Positions 38,031 to 48,925 of a stretch of 64,000 bases of DNA are shown here, one piece after another. The stretch is taken from NCBI GenBank assembly GCA_973895155.1, contig OZ316891.1:7309808-7373807 (forward strand), read 5' to 3'. Within the stretch, counting starts at the first letter, position 1; each line of letters begins with the position of its first letter. The notes under the pieces were generated by a model that was not told the origin of the DNA, made no database searches, and saw only the letters and a program-made list of their open reading frames with translations. Origin of the DNA: Marsupella aquatica (lineage: Eukaryota; Plantae; Marchantiophyta). The translations under genes and the position numbers were made by a program.

Positions 38031-39926
38031 AATCCGAGAAACGGCGCCACCGCTAGCCTAGAAAACCGTTGAGCACGTGCAGGCACAGCCGGGAACAAAG
38101 CTGGAGCACTCGTCGATGTGTCCGTTGAGGAGTCGGTGCGAGTGAATATCTCTCCGCTGATTTGAGCGTGCTGCTACAGCTCCCAAAGATGGTGGAATGC
38201 AAACTGGTCCACTAAACTTGGCAAAAGCCACCTTGTCAGAACTGAAGAAGAAAGGCAACCACCAATCGGAGGAGAAACGTGGCAATACAGGAATGCTCCA
38301 AAGTTGATCAAGGGAAACCGTCACCAAAAATGGAGGAGTAAATCAGAATCGTAATCGGAGCCGAAAGTGGTTGATATGTCACCAAAAGGACCGCGTAGGG
38401 ATAGATGTTGCACTCCCGGACAAGAGCTGGCCAAATCAGATCGAGATGAGAATGCCGGATTCCGTGAACGAGGAACTGCTACAGGACCCCAAAGCTAATT
38501 GAAAGTGAGAACGGTGGAAATTGAAGAAAAAACGTGAGAGCTAATCAAAGTCCAATCGGGGCAATAGGAGACCAATTGGACCGCTCTTGGGATCAATCTG
38601 ATTCTCTCGGAGAAGAACTATACAAAGCAGTTGAGAAATATGAAATCCGTGAAAGATTGACCAAGATATGACCGTCGAAAGGAAGACAAAAATCGCAAAA
38701 AAACGACTGAAAAATGGCGAAAACGAATGTGACCATAAGTATGTCGATACGGCACCGTTTTGGACGTGTTTTATATCGATTTGATGCGCCTCGGCAAGAG
38801 CAAGCTAATGCAACTGAGAAAACTGGATTCCAAGAAAAACTGAGTGCGGGAGGGTAGTCAAAATGGCGCGAAAACTATGTTACAGTCTGAACTCCATAGC
38901 CAGGAGCTCAAAGACCTAAACTGCCCCCACCATAGGCAGTCAGAGTGCCTCCTTGAACTTGACTACAATCAATGCTTATTCCTTTACAAAGTGTTGACCC
39001 CACTTCGATCCCCAAATGCTCTTTTCTCGAGGACAACTATTTAGCTTCTATACTATAATTGAGAATCCCTTTCAAAAAATGGTGGGAGTCTCATGTTTTC
39101 TCATATGATTTAGGTTCGCACACGTAAGTCACTCAAAACCATACACTTATATAGAAAAGAGAACTCTTTTCTAAGTTTCTCACACCCCTTGGATTCCATC
39201 ACACTTTTGGGAATAGACAACTTGGGGTCTAGGTATCCATAGTGCATGAAAAATTAATTTAATTATATAACTTGAATATAAGGCATTCTAATAAATAAAT
39301 ATAGATTAAAGGGGGGTCTCAAACTTGAAAATAAAAAACTTTAAGAGGGGGATGAAACAAATTTCAAAGTTCAAAATACAAAGGATACACCTTGTCTAAA
39401 ATAAATTGAAACAAAAATATATAGAACAAATTTCAATAAGACAAAGTAAGGTCCTGGGTTAGACTATTGTAGCACCAGTATAAATGAGAGCGCTAGAAGA
39501 AAAGAATGAACATGGCTAAGATCTCTTCTCACCAGCCCAAATTCAAATTTAAATTTTGACAGATCAGATTGAGTTCCAACTGATTGCACAGTTCAGAACA
39601 CACAGATTGTTTTAAATATAGTCTTCCTTTTTCTTTCTTGTTTTTAGTGTTTTTTGTGGGACATCAATGCAAGGTGGTAGCTAGTTATAAAGTATCCAAA
39701 GCAGGTGTGGCCACCAATTCAAGCAAAGTCAAGCAAAAGGTAATATATAGTGTCCTTTCCTGCGGTACAAAAATGTACTGAACCAACTTCAACTCATAGG
39801 GATAGAGAGATATTGGTGAGATGTACAATTTGAGCCCTAGATCACATCAATCAGACAACAAGTAGGGGGCAGAGAATCACGGCAGAAGTGGAAACAATTA
39901 TTGAGCAAGCACTTTGGGAAACCCAA

Positions 39927-40492
39927 ATTTTGTCTTATCCAAATTTTGTGTCCAATATTTTGATTTTAATGTGCTTAACAAGGTGAATTATTTGTATTAA
40001 GTTGATTTTCAGTTAGCTTTTGAACCCCTTTTAATTTTAGTGAACTTAGAGTATTTTTGATGTATTTGGCTCCCCTCATAAATGTTTAATATTTCATTTT
40101 GAATCACTCCTTAGTGAAGTCTCTTTTGTCTCATGAGAGTGAGATAAATGAATTTGAACATGTGCACATTTGGTGTACTAAGTTCTCGTGTGGTTTCCTT
40201 TACAAAATGTATGGTTTTATATTGAGTTGATTGTCATTATCTAGAAGCAAGTGAAAATCTGTAGTGTATGTGCAGAATGCTTTAGTACCTTTGTACTTTG
40301 TTGATCATAATGTGCTTTTCTTGCATGTGTATTTATGGTTTTGTGTGTTATGTCACTCACTCTTAATTAACATATATTCATTTCTTGGCATATACTTTAC
40401 ATGTACCTAATTTTTTTATCATAAAATAAATTAATTACATATCACTACAAGACCCAAAAAAAGAGGCATGTTCCATGATGAACATGCTATAT
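39927..40492 (+). mobile_element. Dispersed repeat family A, copy 3 (lacks first ~30 bp)
   Basis: Closely collinear with 13408-14038; ends in the perfect hairpin GCATGTTC-CATGAT-GAACATGC followed by TATAT. Confidence 0.8.
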
Positions 40493-42920
40493 ATATGGTT
40501 AACCCATAATTGAAAGAGGGTGAGTTGTGATAGAAACAAATATAAGGGATGCTCCAGAAACAATTGAGGCAACTTTAAACATAGACATATGGGAAGCTAA
40601 AGGTACAACATTGATGACCAGGCAAATGCACAATAGAGCATCTCAATGAAAGCTCAAGACTTGATAGTACATAATTACCAAGTTAAACACATAGAGTTAT
40701 CTCAAATTTCTGATCGTTTGCTTTTAGCCAGAAGTAGTGGCCATGAGCAAGCAATACACTCTAGACAAAAAACCAATATAGAAGTATATTCACCCAAGCT
40801 CAGGAAAAATGATACATGGCATCTTGCATGGCATAATGTAATCCACTCTTAGGTGAGGCATTGAGACCCCCTAAGAGCATCTCCACTTGTTTTGGTCACA
40901 TATGCTCCCCCTATGCTCCGCAAACAATAGAAATAGGGGTACATTAATTTGCAGGCATTGAGATGGCAATCATCAGTCCACAACCCCACCAACACCCCCA
41001 AAATGACCTCCATTTTTCAAATCATACTTTGGTGCCTTCAAACTCACTACACAGATAGATCTGGATATGTCTTCTCTGCCATTGATGCAAATGGCCTGAG
41101 CAGCAGGCTGGTTAATTTGGCAACTGTGTCTTTCTTGCCAAAACTGGCGGTCTGCACTCCTGTCTGGACTTTGGAATTGAAAGCTAACATCTAAATATTT
41201 AGTGATATGGCTCCTGGCACGGTGGGCAGTCGCCACATTTTCTCTCCATGTGGTTCCTTTGGCGGTTTAGTGGGTGAAAGGAGCACGGGATGGAGATGCT
41301 CAATGCAGGCTAACAAGGGCTGTAAGACAAGGGAGCCCAAAGTATAATGACTCTATGATTGGGACCTGGTTTGGATTTATTTGGAGGGGATTAGATTGGC
41401 ACTAGGGAAGCCAAGACCGTGTGACTGTGTGATTTGGACTTGGACTTGTGGGGATTGAATTACAAGGGGTTCAAGTTAGTATCTTTTAGAGGCCAAATTT
41501 TGCTAAATTCCACCTCAGTGAAAAGGTTAAATCATTTTCGGCAAAAAAGGATACTTTGGTCTTCCATTAGCCAGTTTCTGACCTCGCTACACACCCTATT
41601 AGCCAGAATGTGATGGCTCATGGCTGTCCTTATTCTAGGGAGATCTAAGGGCAGATATTAATCTAGCAAAATCAGATAAAGAATATGCAAGCATCTAGCC
41701 ACCTTGACTAAAAACAAAAAGCCTTAAAAGCTACCCTCGTTCAAGTGATTCAGGAATGATGGGTTGGGCTCTTTCAGTGAAGAATGACAAGGTGGGGTTT
41801 ACGAGGCCCAGGTCCTTAGGTTCAGTGAAGAATAAGGAGGTGGGCTTTACGAGGCCTATGATTTGATGGGTGCTCAATCCCAAAGTGGATTGCTCCAATA
41901 CTCGAGCATCCAATGCCTGACTTGAAGAGCTACAGCCCAGACTTCTACTCTCAGACATTATTGTCCCTACTAGTAGAGACAACAGGAAACAACAATGGAT
42001 GATGTAGAATTCAAAAAGCTTGGGGCACATAACCCATTCCTGAGTGGGACCCAAACAGGATAATTCTACGGGCTCGAATGTCAGCTTGTAGGAGAAGATG
42101 CTAAGAATATTTCTTACCAAATTTGCCTTGATTAATTTATGTGATAGTGTTAGATCTGGTTAATGGATAGGTAGGAAACTGAGTAATCAAAGATAAGAAG
42201 CCTGGGAAACTTTTACCAAAAGTAACCACTAAAATACCACCTCACTAATGAATTTGCCAGTACAAAAATGCAGGACACAAACCCCCTGAAGCAGGGTGGC
42301 TGCTCTATCATCCAATCAGTCTATTGCTTCCAAAAAATTGTCCAAGAAAAGAACCCAGGAAGGAACTTGGACGAATGCTGTCCCATGCCAGTCCTAGTGC
42401 GTTATGCAATTCCTTGATCAACCATAAGAACACCTTACTTTCCATCATCATCAGCCACACCTATCATACTTAATGCACATTGTGATTCGCCCCTTTGTAT
42501 ATTTTAGTGCCCCCTCAGGCTTTGGATGACCTCTTTAGGAATATTTTCCTCTACTTTTACTATATTAATAAAAATAAAATATCTTAGGACTTTTAGCGTA
42601 CCAAGGCCATGTTTCCAGAGCATTATAGGCAATAATAGCCTTACAAATGAGAGCTCTAGCTTGACTTTTTCAGGGCATTATATCCCACAATACCCTGAAA
42701 ACACTTAGTACCTACATAACTTAGGCAGCATATGTTTTTATAGACAACGCCCTCTAGATAACATAGAGAATCCCAGTTTAAACTCAAAACCTCGTCTTGT
42801 GTGGCCTTTTGTGACCTTTACCCTGATGATTTCTTTCAAACCAATCCGGTTGACCTCCTTACAAACAAACATTTCCAACAACAAAAATTCAGAGAACAAT
42901 ATGTTGCTGCTTTTGAAGTT

Positions 42921-43177
42921 CTTGGGACAATTGTGTTTTTTGGCTCTTTGGTTTTCTTGGGGTTTTCCATTGGAAATTCTGCCCTTGGGATCCTGTCTCC
43001 CAGTTTGGAGTTTCTGTTCTTTGGCACTGATATATAACTATGAAAAAGCTCTTGGGACAGTTGTGTTTTTTTTTTACTCTTTGGTTTTCTTGGGGTTTCC
43101 CATTGGATTTTCTGCCCTTGGGATCTGTGTCCCAGGTGGGGTTTTCTGTTCTTTGGCACAGATATATACCTATGAAA
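42921..43177. repeat. 130-bp tandem duplication
   Basis: CTTGGGACA(A/G)TTGTGTTTTTT...TCTGTTCTTTGGCAC.GATATATA.CTATGAAA at 42921 and 43051. Confidence 0.9.
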
Positions 43178-43239
43178 TTCCATTGCCCCACTCCATGCCA
43201 CCAAGTGCGGTAGAGGAAACCTATCTCTGGCCTCCAACT

Positions 43240-43870
43240 TCTGCTAAGTTTCAATCTGCAGCCGATTCACATCTTTGTGGCTGACCCGTTTCCAGAGGAG
43301 TGGAATGTCCCTGGTAAACTGTGGCACATCTTGAGGGCCATTGTGTGCTTGAATATTTGGAAAGACCGGAGCTCCCACTTCATTGAGCACACTAGGTCTA
43401 ACCCACATGTAGTAATTCAGAAATCTTGGCACCGGCTGGGCATTTACCTTCGGATTGACTGGGCCCGACATCGTGCAAGGGTCAGGGATGGGAAGTCCAC
43501 CATGGAGAAGGCCTACATGGATATGTGTTTTGATTATGGGGCGCATGCTGGCTTGTGGGACTATCATCTGGACAGACTTCAAGTCCCACCTGTCCCACCC
43601 CGCCCGCCATGAATCCCTTGTTAGTCTCACAGGACTAGATTCTTCACTGCAGGTTGACCGATAGATATGTAAGCCTATCACGGACCCACTGAATGAAACC
43701 TTGCCGGGACCTGAGCACTGGCCAGTCTTATGGAGTGTGCTTCTCCTGCTGCAATAATTAAATGTCTTATTTAGCTGCCACCCTTAGGGAGGGCTTAGTT
43801 TCTTTCCTGGTGCTGGCCCCACCGGTTTTATTTTCTGGCACTTCCGACCTTTGCGGTCTACCCTGGCGTT
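43240..43870 (+). mobile_element. 5'-truncated L1 fragment, same family as 1-2183
   Basis: ORF 43277-43612 (KLWHILRAI..WK.R..SWHRLGIYLRIDWARHRARVR.GKST...LQVPPVPPRPP) matches the C-terminus of the first LINE; the 3' UTR shares GCACTGGCCAGTCTT. Confidence 0.9.
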
Positions 43871-44929
43871 AACTTTGTGCATACTAGAGATCATATACAC
43901 GTTCAATCTTAGCAGAAAGCGCCAAGAAAAAGTGACGTAAATCCTAAATCTTTGTTAATGTGTATAGTGTTCTCTTTCACTTCTAGTTATTTTAGGCAAC
44001 CTTCAACGATCTGCCCTTGTATCACTACAGTCTGTCTTTCAACCAGTTTAGTTTAGGGAGAATTCTCACAGAACAGCGAATAAGGTCCCTTCCCTTCGTT
44101 TGGACACTGCCGAGGGTACAGGCATCCATCGCTTACCATAGAGTAGCAACACCTATAATCAACCCAACCTACTATACTGAGGCCTTAGTGTTGAGTTTAC
44201 ATTCTATCAGGAAAAAATATCTTCCAATATACATACCTGTGTTTTAAGAGATTCGATTACTTCTGACTCCCTACGGACTTGTATATTCCTGTACAACACG
44301 TCTGACAGAAACCTGTCCGTATGTGCTTACTTCTTAAAAGTGCTCTAAGTGTGTGGATTGGACGAAGTCTAGTACTGTATTTAAATAATCAAAAGGTTGA
44401 ACTTGAACATGACATCCTTCCCATCCTGTACTTTACAGTCTACACTTCTGTGTCTTGGGAAGGACTTAAGGCCATATCAAGACGTGTCTGCAAGGGACAT
44501 TGAAGTCAGTTCTAGTCTTTACAACGTTCCCTCCGGAGAAACATTCAACCAGGAAAAACCTGATCGGTTCAAAAGGTGAAATCAGTATGAACAAAGACCT
44601 CTACTCCAAATTCTCCTCGAGCTGCTTCAGCAGGCTATTTCTCATGAACCGCAGGTGCCAAGAACCACGTGAGCTCCATCTCTCAAAGAGGCGAAACTCA
44701 TAGCCTTCGACTGAAAGTTGATCTATGCACGCTCGGGGAATAGATCGGGGTCCTTCATAATAAAAGTGCTTTCAACCGACACTTGCTTTTGAGTCATGAG
44801 GCTGTACTTCACATCGTCCCCAAAACCTAAGCAAAGACAATTGCATTGAACCCGACTTAGTCTCTCAAAGAGTGCAGCAGCTCTACACATGAAGTTTAAC
44901 TTGAAATATCCAATTTGGATACACAGCAT

Positions 44930-46478
44930 TCAACGATTTGACTTGGATGAAGCTATCCCATCTTTCTGGACAATACCAGCAGATTGTCGAGCAAAGTTCA
45001 ATAGACTTGGGTTAGCACAAAGTATACCTGATCAATTATATACTAATGTAGCCATCCGCACCAATCTCTGAAATTTCCACTTCAAACAAAGCCGGAACAT
45101 GCGGAGAGCTTCAGTACTGTACTCGCATGGACATGTGCTGTAATTGGGCTTTGCTCTGTATCAAAGAGGGCTGACAACTAATACAGCAAAAACGAGAAAT
45201 CAGGATTTGCCCTGAAAGACCTGAAGAGACATTTGAGGAACATTTAATGAGCTATGGGCTCTCACTGATGCGATCCATCATCCGACTGATCTTGAGGACA
45301 CCTGAACTCAAGTCACACACTTGAGCCTTTTGTCCGCTGGCAGGAGCACTGATGCCAATGCCACTTCCAAGGAATTAACGAGCACAGCCTCAGAGCCGGT
45401 CTTAGAATCTCCCAAAGGACGATGCTAAGCTTTGTTGGGCTTAAATTAGTACATTTCCAGATTTGTCTGATACCTGCATGTGTTAAGGAACAATGTTAGG
45501 TATGTACCAAGACATGGACACTCGAAAGATAAAGCATGCTTAGCACAAGTGATACCGTTAAGGTTGGAATTGACGAACCCCACAAAAATCGAATAAAGCA
45601 ACGGCATGCATGCACCCACAGTTTTCCCTCGCCACAACGTCCTTCGGCAACGAAAATTGCTATTGAATCAGTGAATCTCAAAGGCTCTCCAACTGGACTA
45701 TCAAGCTTTCGAATTCAGGCCGTGTCGTGATTCTGATCTCTCAAATTGGTGACGGAAGTTGACAATGCATCACAAAAGCTATCGACCTTCTCTAGAGTAA
45801 TCTCGAATCCAATTACGAGAAACATTACAGATATCTTTGGTCGCCACTAGATTTCGCAATTTCAATAGAATCTAGTTTCTGTGAAAAAGTAAATTCACAA
45901 GTAAAACATATCATTTCCTTGTGCATACATATTAGACCACCACACTGATCTGCCAGCATTCCAGACGTCTTTCAACCCAGCATAAAAGAGTTTGAGCTGC
46001 TTGAAAAATCCCCCTGTTTTTCGGAGTAGTTTTAGTGACTTGCTCGGAGCTACCAAGTCTTCCAGTCCGTCCCTTCAGCAGTGTGCTGTACCTTCTAACT
46101 CATTGTTCCAAAACATAAGCGAGAACGTCAGCGCTCAGTCACGAAATGCCTGACGACTTCCATTTCCTGCAGGGTACTGTGCATCAGAGCCCAGACAACA
46201 AATTGCTGACAATTTGTCACCCTCGGACGAAAATTTCTTGAAAACTGTCTTGGCTAGCGCCTTGGGTAAAGTGAACACCATATGACACTTCAAACAGCAA
46301 AAATATCAGACACTGCGGAGAAGAGTGAGTGATAGTCTGGCTACAGTACCTTTGGGGACACCACTTTCCAAAAATAGTTCTCGAGCTCTCTGAAGATGAT
46401 ATGCAAGGCTATCTCGGCATGCTCACAATAGCGACGATGTTCACCTTCTTCGCGGTATGGTACCTGGCCTGTATTCAT
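44930..46478 (-). pseudogene. Decayed exons of phosphoglucan water dikinase (PWD/GWD3)
   Basis: 46350-46478 reads MNTGQVPYREEGEHRRYCEHAEIALHIIFRELE...SPK|GT, resembling PWD [32 protein letters not shown]. 45950-46166 reads AG|EMEVVR, GLEDLVA and FKQLKLFYAGLKDVWNAG, resembling GPEDLIA and FVEQFKIFH.ELKDFFNAG, with stops and deletions. Matches below 45950 are weak. PWD comparison sequences are from memory. Confidence 0.7.
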
Positions 46479-47007
46479 CAATTGGTTTCTCAGACCCCAT
46501 TCAGGACTCTCAGAAGTCGTTGGCTGCGCAACTCGAGCAAGCCTTCCAAACGTGTCGTCTTCGTTAATTTCAAGTCAGCTACACGGTCAAGCTGATGAGG
46601 AGGGACCGAAAAATGATCTGGGACCTTCAGGTCAATTGATCAAAGACTGCAGCCTTATAGTCTTCGCCAAAGTTCAGATAAGAAGGACGCGCGCAATGCC
46701 CAACTGCACTTAAGGAACCCATGTAAGGGAGGATGAAAATTTGGATCCCGGGAGAGCTTCGTCTCGTAGAAATTCTAGATTGAGACATTCACTTCATTCA
46801 AACAACTTCTCCGTAACTTAACAGATAACCGACCACAAGAAGAGCCATTCGAGTCTGACAGAACTCCACACTAGCGTCCGATTGTCCGAAGCTTTATAAC
46901 AAATTCTTGGTATAGATGCACTAGGTATGCAGATAGAACACCGTTCAAGACATTCAGAACGCGATCTACTAGATGGTTAAATTAATTAAGGGAAGCACAA
47001 GAAAACC

Positions 47008-47865
47008 TTACATGATGAAAAGGATGACGAAGATTGCTGCTTTGCCCCACCAACTAACGGAACTCTGGTCATCGTCCGCTGTGGTTTTGCAAGAGTTGTC
47101 ATGTCCTTTGGCATCCCGCTTGCCCACCCCTCTGCGTGGAACTTCGATGGATCTCACGGACGAAGTTTCTTCCCTTCCAACGACGGAGCTTCTCGTGTTA
47201 GGACATTCGCTCTTTTCGAGATTTAATGAGGCACTTCCGTCTTGTTTGCGCTTCTCTTTCTCTACCTTTGTTACTGCACCTTCCGGGCCTCGACTTCCCT
47301 CAATGAACTCGGAGTAAACCGGAGCGTTAGTCACTTCCTTCCGTGCTTTTGTTGCTCCATCTTCCGGCGATATTGTTCCATCAATGACATCCAAATCCAC
47401 CGTCTCGCTCATCACTTCCGTTTTTGCCTCTGCTGCCCAATCCTCCTGAAATTGAGTTCCATCAATAACCTCGAAGTCAACCGTCTCGTTGGTTATGTTC
47501 CAACGTGAGACTACTTGGTAGTACTTGCTAAAATCGTCGGGGACAATCAGGACCCGATTAGCACCATTCTCCCACACCAAATTCCCATTCCCTTCAACAA
47601 TTACATATTTGTACTCGATCGTTTCTCCAGGATCCGCCTCAAGATCCACAACCCAGCCAGCCTCAGTCCACCCCATCATAACCCTGTTATTCCATGATCC
47701 TGCAGATTCACTCGATCCTAGCAAAGCCATGTGCTCTCCAAACGCGGTTTGATGGTCTACTCTGATTCTCAGTTTTACTTTTGGACCCCAACATTTCACA
47801 CTCGCATCCCTGCGCATCATGGACAGATGAGCAAGGGCAGTGAGCATCACCTTCACGGCCAGCAT
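47008..47865 (-). CDS. CBM20 starch-binding protein derived from the PWD N-terminus, ~285 aa, short hydrophobic C-terminus
   Basis: CBM20 motifs: RVDHQTAFGEHMALLGS..AGSW...W...W...IEYKYVIV...VWENGANRVL...W. An acidic linker follows, and the terminal WWGKAAIF recalls the PWD post-linker W.GK.ASF motif. The true start or an upstream exon is uncertain. Confidence 0.75.
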   Translation of the reverse strand: MLAVKVMLTALAHLSMMRRDASVKCWGPKVKLRIRVDHQTAFGEHMALLGSSESAGSWNNRVMMGWTEAGWVVDLEADPGETIEYKYVIVEGNGNLVWENGANRVLIVPDDFSKYYQVVSRWNITNETVDFEVIDGTQFQEDWAAEAKTEVMSETVDLDVIDGTISPEDGATKARKEVTNAPVYSEFIEGSRGPEGAVTKVEKEKRKQDGSASLNLEKSECPNTRSSVVGREETSSVRSIEVPRRGVGKRDAKGHDNSCKTTADDDQSSVSWWGKAAIFVILFIM

Positions 47866-48925
47866 TGAGCTTAGCAATACAGATTAGTCGACCTAACTGA
47901 AGTATGATAGAAACCTCATTTGAGCTACTAATGAATCTATAAGTTATAGATAATTCAATCTATAGCTTACGCAAATGTCTATCATCTTCACGATAAGCCT
48001 TTCACCTAGGAAATTGCCCAGCCAAGAAAGATATGTGGCTACGGAAAATTGGCAAGATCTAGAGCTGGGAATTCGTTGCACGGATGCATAAACACTCGGG
48101 AGGATAAAAACACAAGAAGTGACCTGGCAAATAAGAATGGCTCAAATTGAGAAGAGCAACACATCAAAGCACAACAAAAACGCATTCAGAGAGACGAGAA
48201 CCTTTTGGTGGCTCTTACACAGCCCAGCACATCCACAGAACCCTCAACAGCATGCCTCGCAGAGGATTGTGGCCTCAAAGCTTCAAGGAATGAACCGCAC
48301 TTTAGATAAAATCGTACCCTTCTGCCACTCCTCGCCCTCAAGTCTCCCGTGGAGCTCACAACACGACCAACATCATAACTCCGCCGCATAGAGCAGCATT
48401 CTGGGCACCACGTGAAAGAGCCAGAATCCGCAAGGATCATCATGTCAGCCTTCCAATCCCCAATTACGAGATTTCCCTCCCTCAACCTTGCCTTGGCCCA
48501 AGACGGCATCGATTCAACAGTTCGAGAAAGGCCAATCGTATTCCCCTAGATTAGTGAGATGCCGAAATACGCATTACTGATTGTTAAACCACGACTCAGT
48601 TATTAAATGGTATTTGGCTAAACTATGTTCAGATAGGTGATGGGGTCCCAAGAACAGCCCCCAAGTAATAATTTTGTCAAAAACATATACGTATTTCAAT
48701 ACTGTATTGCAATACTGGATTGCAATACTGGATTTCTGTATAATTTCCCTTGTTCTAAAGAGACCAAAACAAAATCCTTCCAATACTGTACTTTTATACA
48801 ATTTCTCTTGTTCTAAAGAGACCAAAAAAATTTCAAATGTATTGTATATAGTATTTGTATTCAGGCAAGATCATGATGAATTAAGTAGGCAGAGGAAAGA
48901 GATGAGGTGAACATTTAATGAATTG

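Larger units (their letters stand above)
34332..38972 (-). mobile_element. Near full-length CRE-clade non-LTR retrotransposon (RT plus restriction-like endonuclease), frameshifted, bounded by a 22-bp direct repeat
   Basis: Collinear ORF pieces: CPECG..HH..C finger; RFLRGDWEQL; AGEYRRAVQAL; AAGGPS; LAMAK..GVRPIAIGEVFLRLVSR; DVSNAFN; GTRQGDPLGGPLF; LSDD; GGFGL; CTCG..H..C; RADL..DVVV; KEAKY; PLALEIFG. TGCTTATTCCTTTACAAAGTGT flanks it at 34310-34331 and 38973-38994. Confidence 0.88.

Noticed and set aside
46585-46650. Hammerhead-like CTGATGA-GG...CC-GAAA followed by a hairpin
   Set aside because: The cleavage position would be G and no stem I pairing can form.
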